This document shows positions 40,643 through 50,370 of a DNA stretch of 64,000 nucleotides, in pieces. The notes beneath the pieces are model-generated. The model was not told the DNA's origin. It was given only the letters and a program-made list of their open reading frames with translations, and searched no databases. The stretch is from Candidatus Peribacteria bacterium (GTDB lineage Bacteria > Patescibacteriota > Gracilibacteria > Peribacterales > Peribacteraceae). The translations under genes and the position numbers were made by a program. Each line of letters opens with the position of its first letter. The stretch's first letter is position 1. The stretch lies in the NCBI GenBank assembly GCA_041691135.1, contig JBEPVF010000007.1:1-64000 (forward strand). Direction: 5' to 3'.

Positions 40643-40911
40643 AGCGCCGTCTCTCGGCGCGGCTCTGAGGTCTTGGCCTGCACAAACTTTTCCAATCGCT
40701 CAGGGTGTTCTTTTTCTTGTCTCCCCGCGACAAGAAAAAGAACCAAAAAGAAGCGCACCGCCTATGACCCACCTCGCCCTGCTGTCGCGCCTGTGGGCTG
40801 GCGACAGCAGGGCTTGTAACCACTCATCCCCACCACATAGTCGGAGGGGTGTTTGCCTGGAATACCGAACGTGCGAAGAAGTTAGGCGGCTGTAGCCGCC
40901 TGGGAGTAGTG
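40642..40911. repeat. Structured modular repeat R1, copy 4
   Basis: Same blocks; stem GCCCTGCTGTCGC/GCGACAGCAGGGC. Confidence 0.9.
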
Positions 40912-40963
40912 AATGGGTCCTCGGATTCCTCGGCGCCGTCGGTTCCCTCGGGTTTCTCCTACT

Positions 40964-41013
40964 TCAAAATAGTCGACTTTCTCTCTTGAATTAGAGGGAA
41001 AGCGAAATTTTTC
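40964..41013 (+). promoter_or_regulatory. Duplicated upstream motif (second copy at 41363-41412)
   Basis: TCAAAATAnTCGACTTTnTCTnTTGnnTTAGA…TTTTCT precedes both 41070 and 41462. Confidence 0.6.
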
Positions 41014-41069
41014 TGTCATCGAAGGTCCTTTTACTTTTCTTCCAGATTTTCACTTCTATTATTGTTGCC

Positions 41070-41351
41070 ATGGCATTAGAAGCACCACCACAGGCATTGC
41101 CTTACGAGCTGCCCCCTATCGAGCAGATTGAGGCAATAAAAGAGCGAGAAGCCGCAAGGGCGACCACGATTGATGAGTACACTCGGAATGTAGAGGCACT
41201 TGCCGCGCAGCTGATGCAACCGGGGTTCGGTCCTCGTGTCGTTACCACGACAGAGGTACAACCCCAGCCGACTGCCGCACCAGCTCCTGCTCCCACACCA
41301 GGCGGAGAGGGGGCAGGTAGAGGTGGAAGCGCTGGAGGTGGAGGCGCCTAG
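41070..41351 (+). CDS. Hypothetical protein with Pro/Gly-rich tail
   Basis: 93-aa ORF, helical N-terminus, low-complexity C-terminus. Confidence 0.7.
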   Translation: MALEAPPQALPYELPPIEQIEAIKEREAARATTIDEYTRNVEALAAQLMQPGFGPRVVTTTEVQPQPTAAPAPAPTPGGEGAGRGGSAGGGGA

Positions 41352-41461
41352 AAATCTCCCTCTCAAAATACTCGACTTTATCTATTGCCTTAGATGTAAA
41401 ACAGGAGTTTTCTAATCTCTAATTTAATTAGTTCAAGCAAAATTGTAATTCCCAAAACACT

Positions 41462-42334
41462 ATGGCACCACTACACGAATCTCGGCAGGTCTATAAAGAA
41501 ATCGCTCGCGAGAGCGAGGGACAAAGTGGCCACCAGCTTGCTGAAAAATTGCGCCAGCGAGGTGCGCAACTGAAAACTATGCAGAGCGATACAAGTACTC
41601 GGTTAAAGCTGGTCGTTCCCGAAGCGCATTCATCGCAAGAATTACAAGATGAAGCGGGACAGACAGTGGAACGCATGAGCGATGCAGACCGTCTCAAATA
41701 TATGCGGCTCGTTGGAGTGGATGAGCAGGCACCTGCATCGACTGAAAAGATAGAAGCGGTAGCTGATGATCTAACGGAAGCGGCAGAGGATATTGACGAC
41801 ACTGTAGGCGACGCGACCATGGCGAAGTTGCCGGAGGGTGTCGCCGGTCAGGCGAACTTGGAACGACGCGGAAGCAAGCAAGTAGATCCGCTTAGTACAC
41901 AGGGTCAAGACAGGTTGGTAAATCGTGAATTCGCCACAGGGGTGAATGTTCACGAAACATTCCATGAGAATCAAACAGCTCCCAATGCCAATGCTGTCTC
42001 GATCGACGCTGCTGCTCAGGCTATAGAGTATGAACGTTTCCAAGCCAAGGTATTTGATGCCTCTCCAATCCCCAATGATGAATTTGCCAATCATATCGAG
42101 TCGACTTCTCAAACATCGGATGATGTAGTCGATGCACATGAATTCATTGAGGCAGGGGCTATTGCGGCACAGATCGACGCGGCGCCGCAGAGCTTTGATG
42201 GGCTGTCTAGCGAATACAAGACTCTCTACAGCAAAGTGACAGGGATGCTCGATCACAATCAGGTGCGTGATTTTTCCAAAGAAGGGGATATGGTTGGTTT
42301 TGCACAGGCAGTCGCTGAAAAACGAGCAGCGTAA
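41462..42334 (+). CDS. Hypothetical acidic protein with HExxH motif (possible zincin)
   Basis: VHETFHE and a downstream EFIEAGA. Confidence 0.7.
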   Translation: MAPLHESRQVYKEIARESEGQSGHQLAEKLRQRGAQLKTMQSDTSTRLKLVVPEAHSSQELQDEAGQTVERMSDADRLKYMRLVGVDEQAPASTEKIEAVADDLTEAAEDIDDTVGDATMAKLPEGVAGQANLERRGSKQVDPLSTQGQDRLVNREFATGVNVHETFHENQTAPNANAVSIDAAAQAIEYERFQAKVFDASPIPNDEFANHIESTSQTSDDVVDAHEFIEAGAIAAQIDAAPQSFDGLSSEYKTLYSKVTGMLDHNQVRDFSKEGDMVGFAQAVAEKRAA

Positions 42335-42344
42335 CCGGATTGTT

Positions 42345-42884
42345 TTATCTCACCAGATCCAAAAATTCCTGCCGGGTGCGGGCGTCGGATTTGAAGTTGC
42401 CGCGGACGTGGCTGGTCACGGCCTGGCTGTGCTGCTTCTCCACGCCGCGCATCATCATACATAAATGATTGGCTTCGATCACAACACCGATGCCCTTAGG
42501 CTGCAGAATCTGGTCCAAGGCGTCGCAGATCTGCTGACCCAAACGTTCTTGTACTTGGAGCCGGCGGGCGAACATGTCGACGATGCGGGGGATTTTGCTG
42601 AGGCCGATCACTTGTTTGCTTGGGATATAACCCACGTGCACTTTGCCGAAGAACGGCAGCAGGTGGTGTTCGCACAGCGAGTAGCATTCGATGTCCTTCA
42701 CGATCACCATGCCGTCGGTATCAACTGGGTACAGGGCGCCGTTCACAAGTTCATCGAGGTTCTGCGTGTAGCCGGAGGTCAGAAACTTCATTGATTCTGC
42801 CGTGCGTTTAGGCGTGCCTTGGAGGCCGTCGCGGGACGGATCTTCGCCGATTTGCTCTAACAGCTGACGGTAGAGTTCTTCCAT
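42345..42884 (-). CDS. folE: GTP cyclohydrolase I
   Basis: [45 protein letters not shown]. Confidence 0.97.
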   Translation of the reverse strand: MEELYRQLLEQIGEDPSRDGLQGTPKRTAESMKFLTSGYTQNLDELVNGALYPVDTDGMVIVKDIECYSLCEHHLLPFFGKVHVGYIPSKQVIGLSKIPRIVDMFARRLQVQERLGQQICDALDQILQPKGIGVVIEANHLCMMMRGVEKQHSQAVTSHVRGNFKSDARTRQEFLDLVR

Positions 42885-42942
42885 AGGTCGGAAAGTATGA
42901 GGGATACTGCGTATGGAAGCCAGACTATTCACCGCCAATCCT

Positions 42943-44208
42943 TTATCGCCCCGCTGCCCCCAATGCCGCTTTTACCAGTGAATCCAGTGTCTCGAACGGC
43001 ACTGCGCCGCCGATTTCCTGTATATCACCGGTATTATTATTGATCAGGAAACTGGTGGGTGCACCGGCGATGTTGGCGTTGTCTGCAGCGCGCAGGGCGG
43101 TTCTGATTTTAAGGCCAAAGCGATGGTTCCCGATGCAGCTTGCGAGGGCGGCAGGATCTATAGTGGCTGCCAGTGCAGCTTCCTTGGCATCAAATTGTTC
43201 CTGGGCGTGGGCAGCGAACAGGAAAGCCCAAAAACCGTCGTCACCTTTTTGTGCTGCGGCACATTCAGCCGCTTCGGCCGCCACCGCGTCCGATGGGTAC
43301 AGCATGGTCAGCGGAAAATGACGGAAGACCCAACTGACGTCATGTGGGTAGGCAGCCACTAATTTTTTCATATCGGGAGTGAAGTGCTTGGAGAACGGTT
43401 CGGTCATGCCGCCGTACTCGACAATCGTGATGGCGGCATCCGCCGGGCCGTAGCGGTGCTCAGTCGCCCGGACGGCTTGTATGAGTGGCTTGTCGGAGGT
43501 GGCCGGGACGACAGGGTTTGATGGGGTCGGTGGCACGGGAAGCGGCTTCTTCGGGGGTGTTTTGCTGGGAATGAGCGGGTCGATTCGCTTCTCCATTTCT
43601 TCCAAAGGCAGGGAGCCGTCTATTTCCAGCTGAGTTCCTGTTCTGTTGTTTACCAGGAAGCTGGTAGGTGTGCCGTTGATGCCGGGCTGAAGATGATCCG
43701 TGATAGCGGTTTGATTCTTCGTGTCAGCGATGCAGGCAGCGAACATAGTCGTATTCAACTTCTGGTCGGCAGCGAGTTTGCCCATATCAATGGTGTCCAA
43801 GGAATCAGCAGCGAAGAGTGCGTCGGCCATTCTCCAGTACGCACTGTTCCCTCCCTGGGCCACTGCGCATTCGGCAGCCACTGCAGCCGGCAGTGCCTGC
43901 GGGTGAATGCTTGTGAGGGGATAGTTGCGATACACCACGTTCAGGCGTCCGCGGTAATGACGGATCAGCTGTTTGACAGTTGTGTGGTGGATTTTGCAGA
44001 ACGGACATTCGAAATCCATGTACACAACCAGGCTCAATGGCGCTTCTTTGTTTCCCAGGATGTGATCCTTTGTCAGATCCACTGACGGAACTGTAGTTGT
44101 CTGTTCGATGGCCGGCTTGGTCGCAGGGACTGTGGGTAACTGACGTGCGTAGCTCACAGTGGGCAACAGGCTCAGGGCGACGAAGGCGGAGAGAGGGAAG
44201 AAGCGCAT
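42943..44208 (-). CDS. Secreted protein with tandem DsbA/thioredoxin domains
   Basis: Domain 1 DFECPFC…GTPT; domain 2 MTEPFS (no CXXC)…GAPT. Confidence 0.88.
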   Translation of the reverse strand: MRFFPLSAFVALSLLPTVSYARQLPTVPATKPAIEQTTTVPSVDLTKDHILGNKEAPLSLVVYMDFECPFCKIHHTTVKQLIRHYRGRLNVVYRNYPLTSIHPQALPAAVAAECAVAQGGNSAYWRMADALFAADSLDTIDMGKLAADQKLNTTMFAACIADTKNQTAITDHLQPGINGTPTSFLVNNRTGTQLEIDGSLPLEEMEKRIDPLIPSKTPPKKPLPVPPTPSNPVVPATSDKPLIQAVRATEHRYGPADAAITIVEYGGMTEPFSKHFTPDMKKLVAAYPHDVSWVFRHFPLTMLYPSDAVAAEAAECAAAQKGDDGFWAFLFAAHAQEQFDAKEAALAATIDPAALASCIGNHRFGLKIRTALRAADNANIAGAPTSFLINNNTGDIQEIGGAVPFETLDSLVKAALGAAGR

Positions 44209-44292
44209 GAGAAAAGTATACGTCAGAAAAGCACGAAATCCGAAATTCGAAAAGACGTACCTTATTTTTTCGAGTTTCGTGCGTCGGATTTC

Positions 44293-44757
44293 CTATAAGA
44301 CTATCTCTGTTTTTTCCAACTCCTGATCCTTCACGGTCGCAAGGAGCTCACTATAACCGGTGTCTTCTGGTAGGAGTTCTGTGAGCGGCTCGAGCACAAA
44401 GCGGCGCTCGCCCATACGTGGATGAGGAAGCTGCAAGCCCGGTTCGTTGAGCATAACATCGCCGTACAGGAGGAGATCGAGATCGATCGTCCGGGGTCCG
44501 TCTTTGAATGGTGTTGCTTTGCCGAGTTGCCGTTCGATCTGTTGGAGCCGCGACAAGACATCGGCTGTTGTTTCGTCTGACTCAAAACCGGCCACGGCAT
44601 TCAGAAAATCCGGTTGGTCCGTATAGCCTACCGGTGCTGTGCGATACACTGACGAGAAGCGAATAGCGGGCCAGTGGTCGCGCAATAAACCGGCCGCTGC
44701 ATGCATGTTTGCTTCGGAATCGATATTGGAGCCGAGAGCGATGAAAATAGAAGTCAG
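44293..44757 (-). CDS. folK: 2-amino-4-hydroxy-6-hydroxymethyldihydropteridine pyrophosphokinase (non-ATG start or split fusion)
   Basis: IALGSN (upstream of the first ATG), QPDFLNAV, GPRTIDLDLL, LPHPRM.ERRFVL.PL. Confidence 0.93.
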   Translation of the reverse strand: MTSIFIALGSNIDSEANMHAAAGLLRDHWPAIRFSSVYRTAPVGYTDQPDFLNAVAGFESDETTADVLSRLQQIERQLGKATPFKDGPRTIDLDLLLYGDVMLNEPGLQLPHPRMGERRFVLEPLTELLPEDTGYSELLATVKDQELEKTEIVL

Positions 44758-44767
44758 TGTTCAGAGG

Positions 44768-45121
44768 TCAGTGCTCAGTTGGACGAAAAATAGTTGCGGC
44801 GACAGAGCGGACGCCGGGGATCGGGAACTTCCAGACGGATACTTTGACCCCGCCGGCCGGTGTAAATTGTTTGAGGATCATGGCTGCGATGTCTTCGGCC
44901 AGTGCTTCGATGGTCTTGCGTTCGGTTTTGGCGAGTTCCCGCACCTGCTGCGTCACGGCCAAATAGTCGATGCTTCGGGTAAGATCATCGTTTGTTCCAG
45001 CCGGAGACAGGTCCAAAAAGAGCTCGATGTTCACTGTCAGGCGTTGCTCCTTTTCGCGTTCCTCGTCGGCGATGCCGATACGAGTCCAGAGTTCGAGGCC
45101 GTCGATGAAGAGAGAATCCAT
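44768..45121 (-). CDS. folB: Dihydroneopterin aldolase
   Basis: IG…EEREKEQRL, DDLTRSIDY, TIEALAE. Confidence 0.92.
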   Translation of the reverse strand: MDSLFIDGLELWTRIGIADEEREKEQRLTVNIELFLDLSPAGTNDDLTRSIDYLAVTQQVRELAKTERKTIEALAEDIAAMILKQFTPAGGVKVSVWKFPIPGVRSVAATIFRPTEH

Positions 45122-45188
45122 CTTGGAAAAGCACGAAGCACTCAATCCTAATGCTCTCCATAGGCTTCTACAACAGCAGTTGAGCGAA

Positions 45189-47621
45189 TTAGGACTTCGT
45201 CTCGTCGTCTCGCTTAATCCCGAACAGCTTGGGCTTTTCCGCCCAATGCGTCACCGCAAGGTGCCGTAGCATCCAGCGGGTGATGACGATGGCGGTGAAG
45301 AGGGACAGGAGCACGCCCAGAGCGAGGGTGACGGCGAAGCCACGGACGATGGAGGTGCCGATCGTGAACAGGATGAAGCAGGTGATGAGCGTCGAGACGT
45401 TGCCATCGCGGATGGCAGGCCAGGCGTACTGGAAGCTGGTTTCGACGGCCGTCTTGACCGACTTGCCTTTGCGAAGCTCTTCGCGCATGCGTTCGAATAC
45501 GAGCACGTTGGCATCCACGGCCATGCCGATGCTAAGGATAATACCGGCCATGCCGGCTACGGTGAGCACGACGTACGTGTGTGTGACAAGCAGCAACGGC
45601 AGCTTGAGCATCGCGAAGAAGATCATGGCGTACATCAGCAGTCCTACGTCGGCGACAAGGCCGAGCAGGCGGTAGCGCAGAATCATGTAGAGCATCAGGA
45701 TTACCAGACCGATGAGCGCAGCATGCAATGAGGTGGCCAGAGCTGCGGAGCCGAGCGTGGCCTCTACCGTGTGCTGACCGACCAGGTGGATCGGAGCGGG
45801 GATGGCGCCGGTATTCAGATCCTGGGCCAGGCTCTTGGCCTCGTCGAAGTTGCCGTTACCGGTGATGATGGCTGTGCCACCGGCGATTTCCGTCTGCACA
45901 CGTGGGGCAGACACCAGCTCGCCGCCGACGAAAATGGCGATCTGCTTGCCGATGTTATTCTTGGTCAGTTCCTGGAATAACTTGCCGCCTTCGGTGTCGA
46001 AGATGATCTGGACGACCGGAACTCCCGTTACCTGGTCGACAGTCACAGTTGCCGTGCGGAAATGTTTGCCGTCGAGCTGCGTGTCTTTCCAACCGGTGGG
46101 CTTGAGCGAGAAGAATAGCGTGCGCAGGTGGATGGCTTCCTCTTGATCGCGTACCTCGCCGGCCTGGAGCTTTTTAATCAGGGCATCCGCCGTCTTGAGC
46201 GGCTCTTTGCCGGACAAAAGGAGGTCGTCATAACTCACGACATCAGGCGATTTGGTGGCAGCCTTATCAAGGCGAATGATGTGGTAGCCGAATTGTGTTT
46301 CGAGTACCGGCGAGAGATCGCCGGGCTTCACCAGTTTGTACGCCGCCTGTTCGAAGGCCGGCACCATCACGCCGTGACCGAAGGCTCCCAGTTTGCCGCC
46401 CTGCGCTTTCGATGGACCGTCGGACTCCGTCCGGGCGATCTGATCAAAACTCTCGCCCTTATCCAATCGCTGCTTGATATCATTGATCTTCGCGAGGGCC
46501 TCCTGTTTGGTGCGGGTTACCGATTTGTCGGCATTTTCGGCGCCTTTGTACTGGATCAGGATGTGGCTTGCCTCGATCTGCTCATCGCCCTTCGCGAACT
46601 CACGTTCGAATAGAATGTGTCCCTTGCCATCTTCCGTCTGCACGGACTTAAGGTCGCCCGGCTTCATGGCACGCAGAGTGCCGGTGATGCGTGCGCCCAC
46701 TTTTTCGTCCAGCTTCTCTTTATCGTGGTACACGTACGATGCACCCGACTGCGCCTTAGTGAGGTAGGCGAATGCTTTAGGTGCTTCGGAGATCAAGCGG
46801 CCGGTCATGGTCTTGGGCTGCACCACTTCGGCGATGAAAATGCCGTCTACTGTTTCTTCCGTGGGCTTACCAGCGCTATCGGTCTGCGATACCTGTACCG
46901 ATCCGTCATGCATCACGACCTTGCCAGGTTGCATGGTCCACAGATCCTCAAGCCCCTTTGGCAACGTATCCTGATAGAACATGCCATTATCGTTGTAGGC
47001 CATGCCGAGCTGTGTGCCGATATCCTGGCCTTCTTTGTTCAGTGTGGATCCGCTTTGCGTGATCGCTTTATAGGTGGCATCTGCTTTGGCACGAACGCCC
47101 GCTTTGTACTCATCCGTTGCCTGAGTGAATTCTTCTTTAAATTCAAGTTGGATCGTTTTGCCGACAACCTTGATGCATTCCTGTACGTCCACGACGCCCG
47201 GACATTCTACGAGCAGGTGCTTCTCGTTGCCGAAATACGAAGGCGTAATTGTGGCTTCGCTCACACCGAGACCGTTGATACGGCGCTCAAGCACAACGCG
47301 GATCGCTTCCATCAGGTTCTGTTTCTGATCCTGAATGCTCTGGCGCTCAGCCTGCAGCTGCGCGAGGGCATTGCCACCACCCTCTTGCTGGGCTGCGGCG
47401 ATCTGTTTATCGAGGTCGGCCAACTGGCTGGTAATTTCTTCCTCGGAGATACGGAAATCGAGTTGCGTACCGCCGGCGAGATCCAATCCCAAATGCAGGC
47501 TGGGAGCCTGGATGAACGACGGCGCCCACTTCTTCCATTCCTGCGGCATGGCAACAAGCATCACTGCGATCGCCACGATCACAGTAACAATAGGCCACAG
47601 AGGGGAACGACGCGCTGCCAT
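45189..47621 (-). CDS. secD: Protein translocase subunit SecD with an inserted parvulin-type PPIase domain
   Basis: LGLDLAGG, RRINGLGVSE, GMAVDANVL.FER; insert ASHILI…SDGPS…GG.LG…F…TQFGYHII. Confidence 0.93.
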   Translation of the reverse strand: MAARRSPLWPIVTVIVAIAVMLVAMPQEWKKWAPSFIQAPSLHLGLDLAGGTQLDFRISEEEITSQLADLDKQIAAAQQEGGGNALAQLQAERQSIQDQKQNLMEAIRVVLERRINGLGVSEATITPSYFGNEKHLLVECPGVVDVQECIKVVGKTIQLEFKEEFTQATDEYKAGVRAKADATYKAITQSGSTLNKEGQDIGTQLGMAYNDNGMFYQDTLPKGLEDLWTMQPGKVVMHDGSVQVSQTDSAGKPTEETVDGIFIAEVVQPKTMTGRLISEAPKAFAYLTKAQSGASYVYHDKEKLDEKVGARITGTLRAMKPGDLKSVQTEDGKGHILFEREFAKGDEQIEASHILIQYKGAENADKSVTRTKQEALAKINDIKQRLDKGESFDQIARTESDGPSKAQGGKLGAFGHGVMVPAFEQAAYKLVKPGDLSPVLETQFGYHIIRLDKAATKSPDVVSYDDLLLSGKEPLKTADALIKKLQAGEVRDQEEAIHLRTLFFSLKPTGWKDTQLDGKHFRTATVTVDQVTGVPVVQIIFDTEGGKLFQELTKNNIGKQIAIFVGGELVSAPRVQTEIAGGTAIITGNGNFDEAKSLAQDLNTGAIPAPIHLVGQHTVEATLGSAALATSLHAALIGLVILMLYMILRYRLLGLVADVGLLMYAMIFFAMLKLPLLLVTHTYVVLTVAGMAGIILSIGMAVDANVLVFERMREELRKGKSVKTAVETSFQYAWPAIRDGNVSTLITCFILFTIGTSIVRGFAVTLALGVLLSLFTAIVITRWMLRHLAVTHWAEKPKLFGIKRDDETKS

Positions 47622-47810
47622 GCGGAAAGGGGAGGAAGTATCTCCTTCGGCTGGGTCATCGGCAAGATGACAATCCGAAAGTAGGTGGCACAGTAGCAGG
47701 AGAAGGGGTGAGGTCCAAGGCCAAGACGCCTAAAAATTTGAAACCTCATAGACAAGGAAAGCAATGAAACCGAGGACAATTCCTTGGTTTCTTCGATTAC
47801 GTCGGTTTCC

Positions 47811-48500
47811 TTATTTAGTCACCGGCACGTACTGCACGTGCAATCCTCGATTCACATCATCGGCAAAGATGGTGGCTATCTCCAGCGACGGAATGCCCGA
47901 GATACTGATGACGTCCATGGGCTTGTCGCTTTCCACCTGCATCACCGAGATAAGCTTATTGCGGACAAAGATTCCCAGTGTCTTGCCTTTATTATCCTTG
48001 AATACCTGGCTGAGCTGATCGCGGCCGGCCGGAGTGAAGTCCAAGCGTACTTCGGCTTTCGTATCGCCTGCAATGGGCGAAGCGGTTACCCAATCGAGCG
48101 ACTTTTCGGTGATGCCGGTTTCGCTGAAACCCAGTTGCTTCCCGGTTCCCTGTACCGTTATATCCGCCGTCTTCGTATCGTCATGTTCGGCCATGACCCG
48201 CAATTTGAAAGGAGACGTCAGAATATCGGTGAGGGTGGCAATGGCCTTGGGATCATCCAGTTTGATCTGGAGGACCGGATCGGTTGAGCTGGTGTCGATC
48301 GAATCTGCCACTATTTTCTTCTCCATACTTTCCACCACACGTTCGGCTACTTTCTTGGCTGCTTGCGTCAGCTCCGTTCGCTTTGCCGCATCTGTCGCAT
48401 CAATTTTGAGGGTATAGCGAATAGTATCGCTGGAGGTCGCTGCTTTGGAGCAGGCGGTGACGAGTAACAGTGAACAGAAAAGGAGGGAGAGGCGTTTCAT
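47811..48500 (-). CDS. Lipoprotein resembling the SecDF P1 periplasmic domain
   Basis: VTAC lipobox; VRLDFTPAG…NKGKTLGIFV…ISISG parallels the SecD P1 head. Confidence 0.7.
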   Translation of the reverse strand: MKRLSLLFCSLLLVTACSKAATSSDTIRYTLKIDATDAAKRTELTQAAKKVAERVVESMEKKIVADSIDTSSTDPVLQIKLDDPKAIATLTDILTSPFKLRVMAEHDDTKTADITVQGTGKQLGFSETGITEKSLDWVTASPIAGDTKAEVRLDFTPAGRDQLSQVFKDNKGKTLGIFVRNKLISVMQVESDKPMDVISISGIPSLEIATIFADDVNRGLHVQYVPVTK

Positions 48501-48554
48501 CTGAGGAAGTGTAGGGGCCTCGGTCAGGGGATGCAATTTGATCCGGAGCCATCG

Positions 48555-49511
48555 TCAATTCGTCAGCACGGTTCCAGCCCGGATCATCTTTCCTGTCAGA
48601 TCGACACCCTTCAGCCGGCAGTTTTCGTCAATCACACAGTTGCGGAGGACACAGTCGTCGATGTGGCAGTTGCTGAAGATGACGCAGTCCGTCAGTTCGC
48701 TCTTGGCCACTACGCTATCCCTGCCGACAAAAACGCAGCCATTGGTCTGTGTCTCCACGAGGGATGCCTGCGGATGGACGATGGTTTGTTGATCGATGAG
48801 CAATCTGTGCGCTTCCAAATACGCGGCGAACGAGCCGATGTCGAGCCATGGTTCGGTGAATCGGAAGCAACGGAGTGGAATGCCGCGGCGCAGAAACTCC
48901 TCAAAGATGCCGCCGACGTTATCGGGATGCTTGCGTGAAAATTCCACGAGGATAGGCAGATGTGCTTTGGGAATGATGCAACAGCCGCTGCTGACCAGGC
49001 TTGTCTTCGGGTCTTTGGGCTTCTCCTCAAAACCCGCGATTGTGTCAGGATTACTGTCGTCAGTCAGCACCGTGCCGAAAGCTGCCGCTTTTTCCTTGCT
49101 GCCAATATCGAAGGCGGCAAGCAGCGGAGTGCCGTCCTGATAGGCATTCAAAAATTCTTCCATCGAGAAGCCCAGGTAGTTGTCGCCGGTCAGCAGGAGA
49201 ATATCATCATCGATTTGTTTCGATTCGATCCACTCGCGCGTTGCGCCCAGCGCGCCGAGTTTATGGTCATCATGTTTGGTGTCTTCGATAATCAGCTCAA
49301 TATCTTTGCGAGGTAAAAGAGCGAGCCATTCCTTAAAGTCTGTTTCGAAAGAAGCATTCGTACTGATACTGATGGGAATCTGTGCAGGGATTTTTTCCAC
49401 CAGATATTCAATGATCGGTTTACCGGCAATAGGGAGAAGTGGCTTTGCTCGTTTCTCTGTTAATGGCCACAAACGAGTGGCAAAACCGCCGGCCAAAATA
49501 AATGCGTGCAT
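48555..49511 (-). CDS. Sugar-phosphate nucleotidyltransferase
   Basis: ILAGGFATRLWPLT..KPLLP, GDN, FEEKP, WLDIGS, hexapeptide tail. Confidence 0.92.
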   Translation of the reverse strand: MHAFILAGGFATRLWPLTEKRAKPLLPIAGKPIIEYLVEKIPAQIPISISTNASFETDFKEWLALLPRKDIELIIEDTKHDDHKLGALGATREWIESKQIDDDILLLTGDNYLGFSMEEFLNAYQDGTPLLAAFDIGSKEKAAAFGTVLTDDSNPDTIAGFEEKPKDPKTSLVSSGCCIIPKAHLPILVEFSRKHPDNVGGIFEEFLRRGIPLRCFRFTEPWLDIGSFAAYLEAHRLLIDQQTIVHPQASLVETQTNGCVFVGRDSVVAKSELTDCVIFSNCHIDDCVLRNCVIDENCRLKGVDLTGKMIRAGTVLTN

Positions 49512-49518
49512 GAGAGAA

Positions 49519-50322
49519 TTATCGGAAAAACCACATCCATGGGTTTTGCTTAGGACTCACCATTGTCACTCCTTTTCCTTCGAGCGATTCAATTCGTTCA
49601 TCACGTTCCACAATGCCCATGACTGACGGCAGAATTCCGTACGTGATTCCTCTGTTTCGACAGGCGGATAGCAGATTGAGAGATTGCTCCAGATCGCTGC
49701 ACTGGATCAGGTGAGTAATCTTTTTTGAAGTGAGTGTTTCTTCCAGCTTGTTCAGTTTTCCAAGCACCGGAACACCATCGATGTCATTTTCCTTTGTACC
49801 CATGCCATCGAGTACAGCAACCGGACGCAGCGGATTTTTATGGCGGTTGAGTTGATGGATCAACTCTTTCGATTCGCGCGTCACGCCCACGATGAGCGTG
49901 GGAAACGTCGGAGGATCGCTCCACAGAGTAAGGCGCAGAATTTTCTCGTACACGATGTGCCAGAGCATGGTCAGCAGAAAGCTGAAGACCAGTGCTTCCA
50001 ACAGCAACAGTCGGCTGAACGATGCTTTGTAGAGGAAGTAATACGCGAGGGCAAAGAAGGCAGTTCCGACGACTGTTGCGTACGCGACGTAGGCGGCATT
50101 GCGCGGTGTGGCCTGCCTTCGTGTGAGGGCGAACGTGCGGGTCGTCGCCAGAGCGAGGAGCCATAGCGGTGCGATGACGGCGGCAATACCGATGTACTGC
50201 GAAAAGGGAAAATCAGTCGATACGAACGAACCGAGACGCAGGTAATAGGCGAGGGCGTACGAGGCCACGAACAGCAGCGCATCAGTGAGTAACCAGAGGA
50301 AAAGCATCATGTGATACCGCAT
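49519..50322 (-). CDS. WcaJ-like N-terminal module (4 TM + CoA_binding_3) without the catalytic domain
   Basis: LTDAL…AYYLR, TLIVG, GVPVLG; ends before the KR..D transferase domain. Confidence 0.75.
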   Translation of the reverse strand: MRYHMMLFLWLLTDALLFVASYALAYYLRLGSFVSTDFPFSQYIGIAAVIAPLWLLALATTRTFALTRRQATPRNAAYVAYATVVGTAFFALAYYFLYKASFSRLLLLEALVFSFLLTMLWHIVYEKILRLTLWSDPPTFPTLIVGVTRESKELIHQLNRHKNPLRPVAVLDGMGTKENDIDGVPVLGKLNKLEETLTSKKITHLIQCSDLEQSLNLLSACRNRGITYGILPSVMGIVERDERIESLEGKGVTMVSPKQNPWMWFFR

Positions 50323-50370
50323 GGCGAAAGGATAGCCGAAGCGCACATCATCAAGAAGATGGTTTCTTCC

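Noticed and set aside
46617-47684. 355-aa plus-strand ORF
   Set aside because: Antisense shadow of secD
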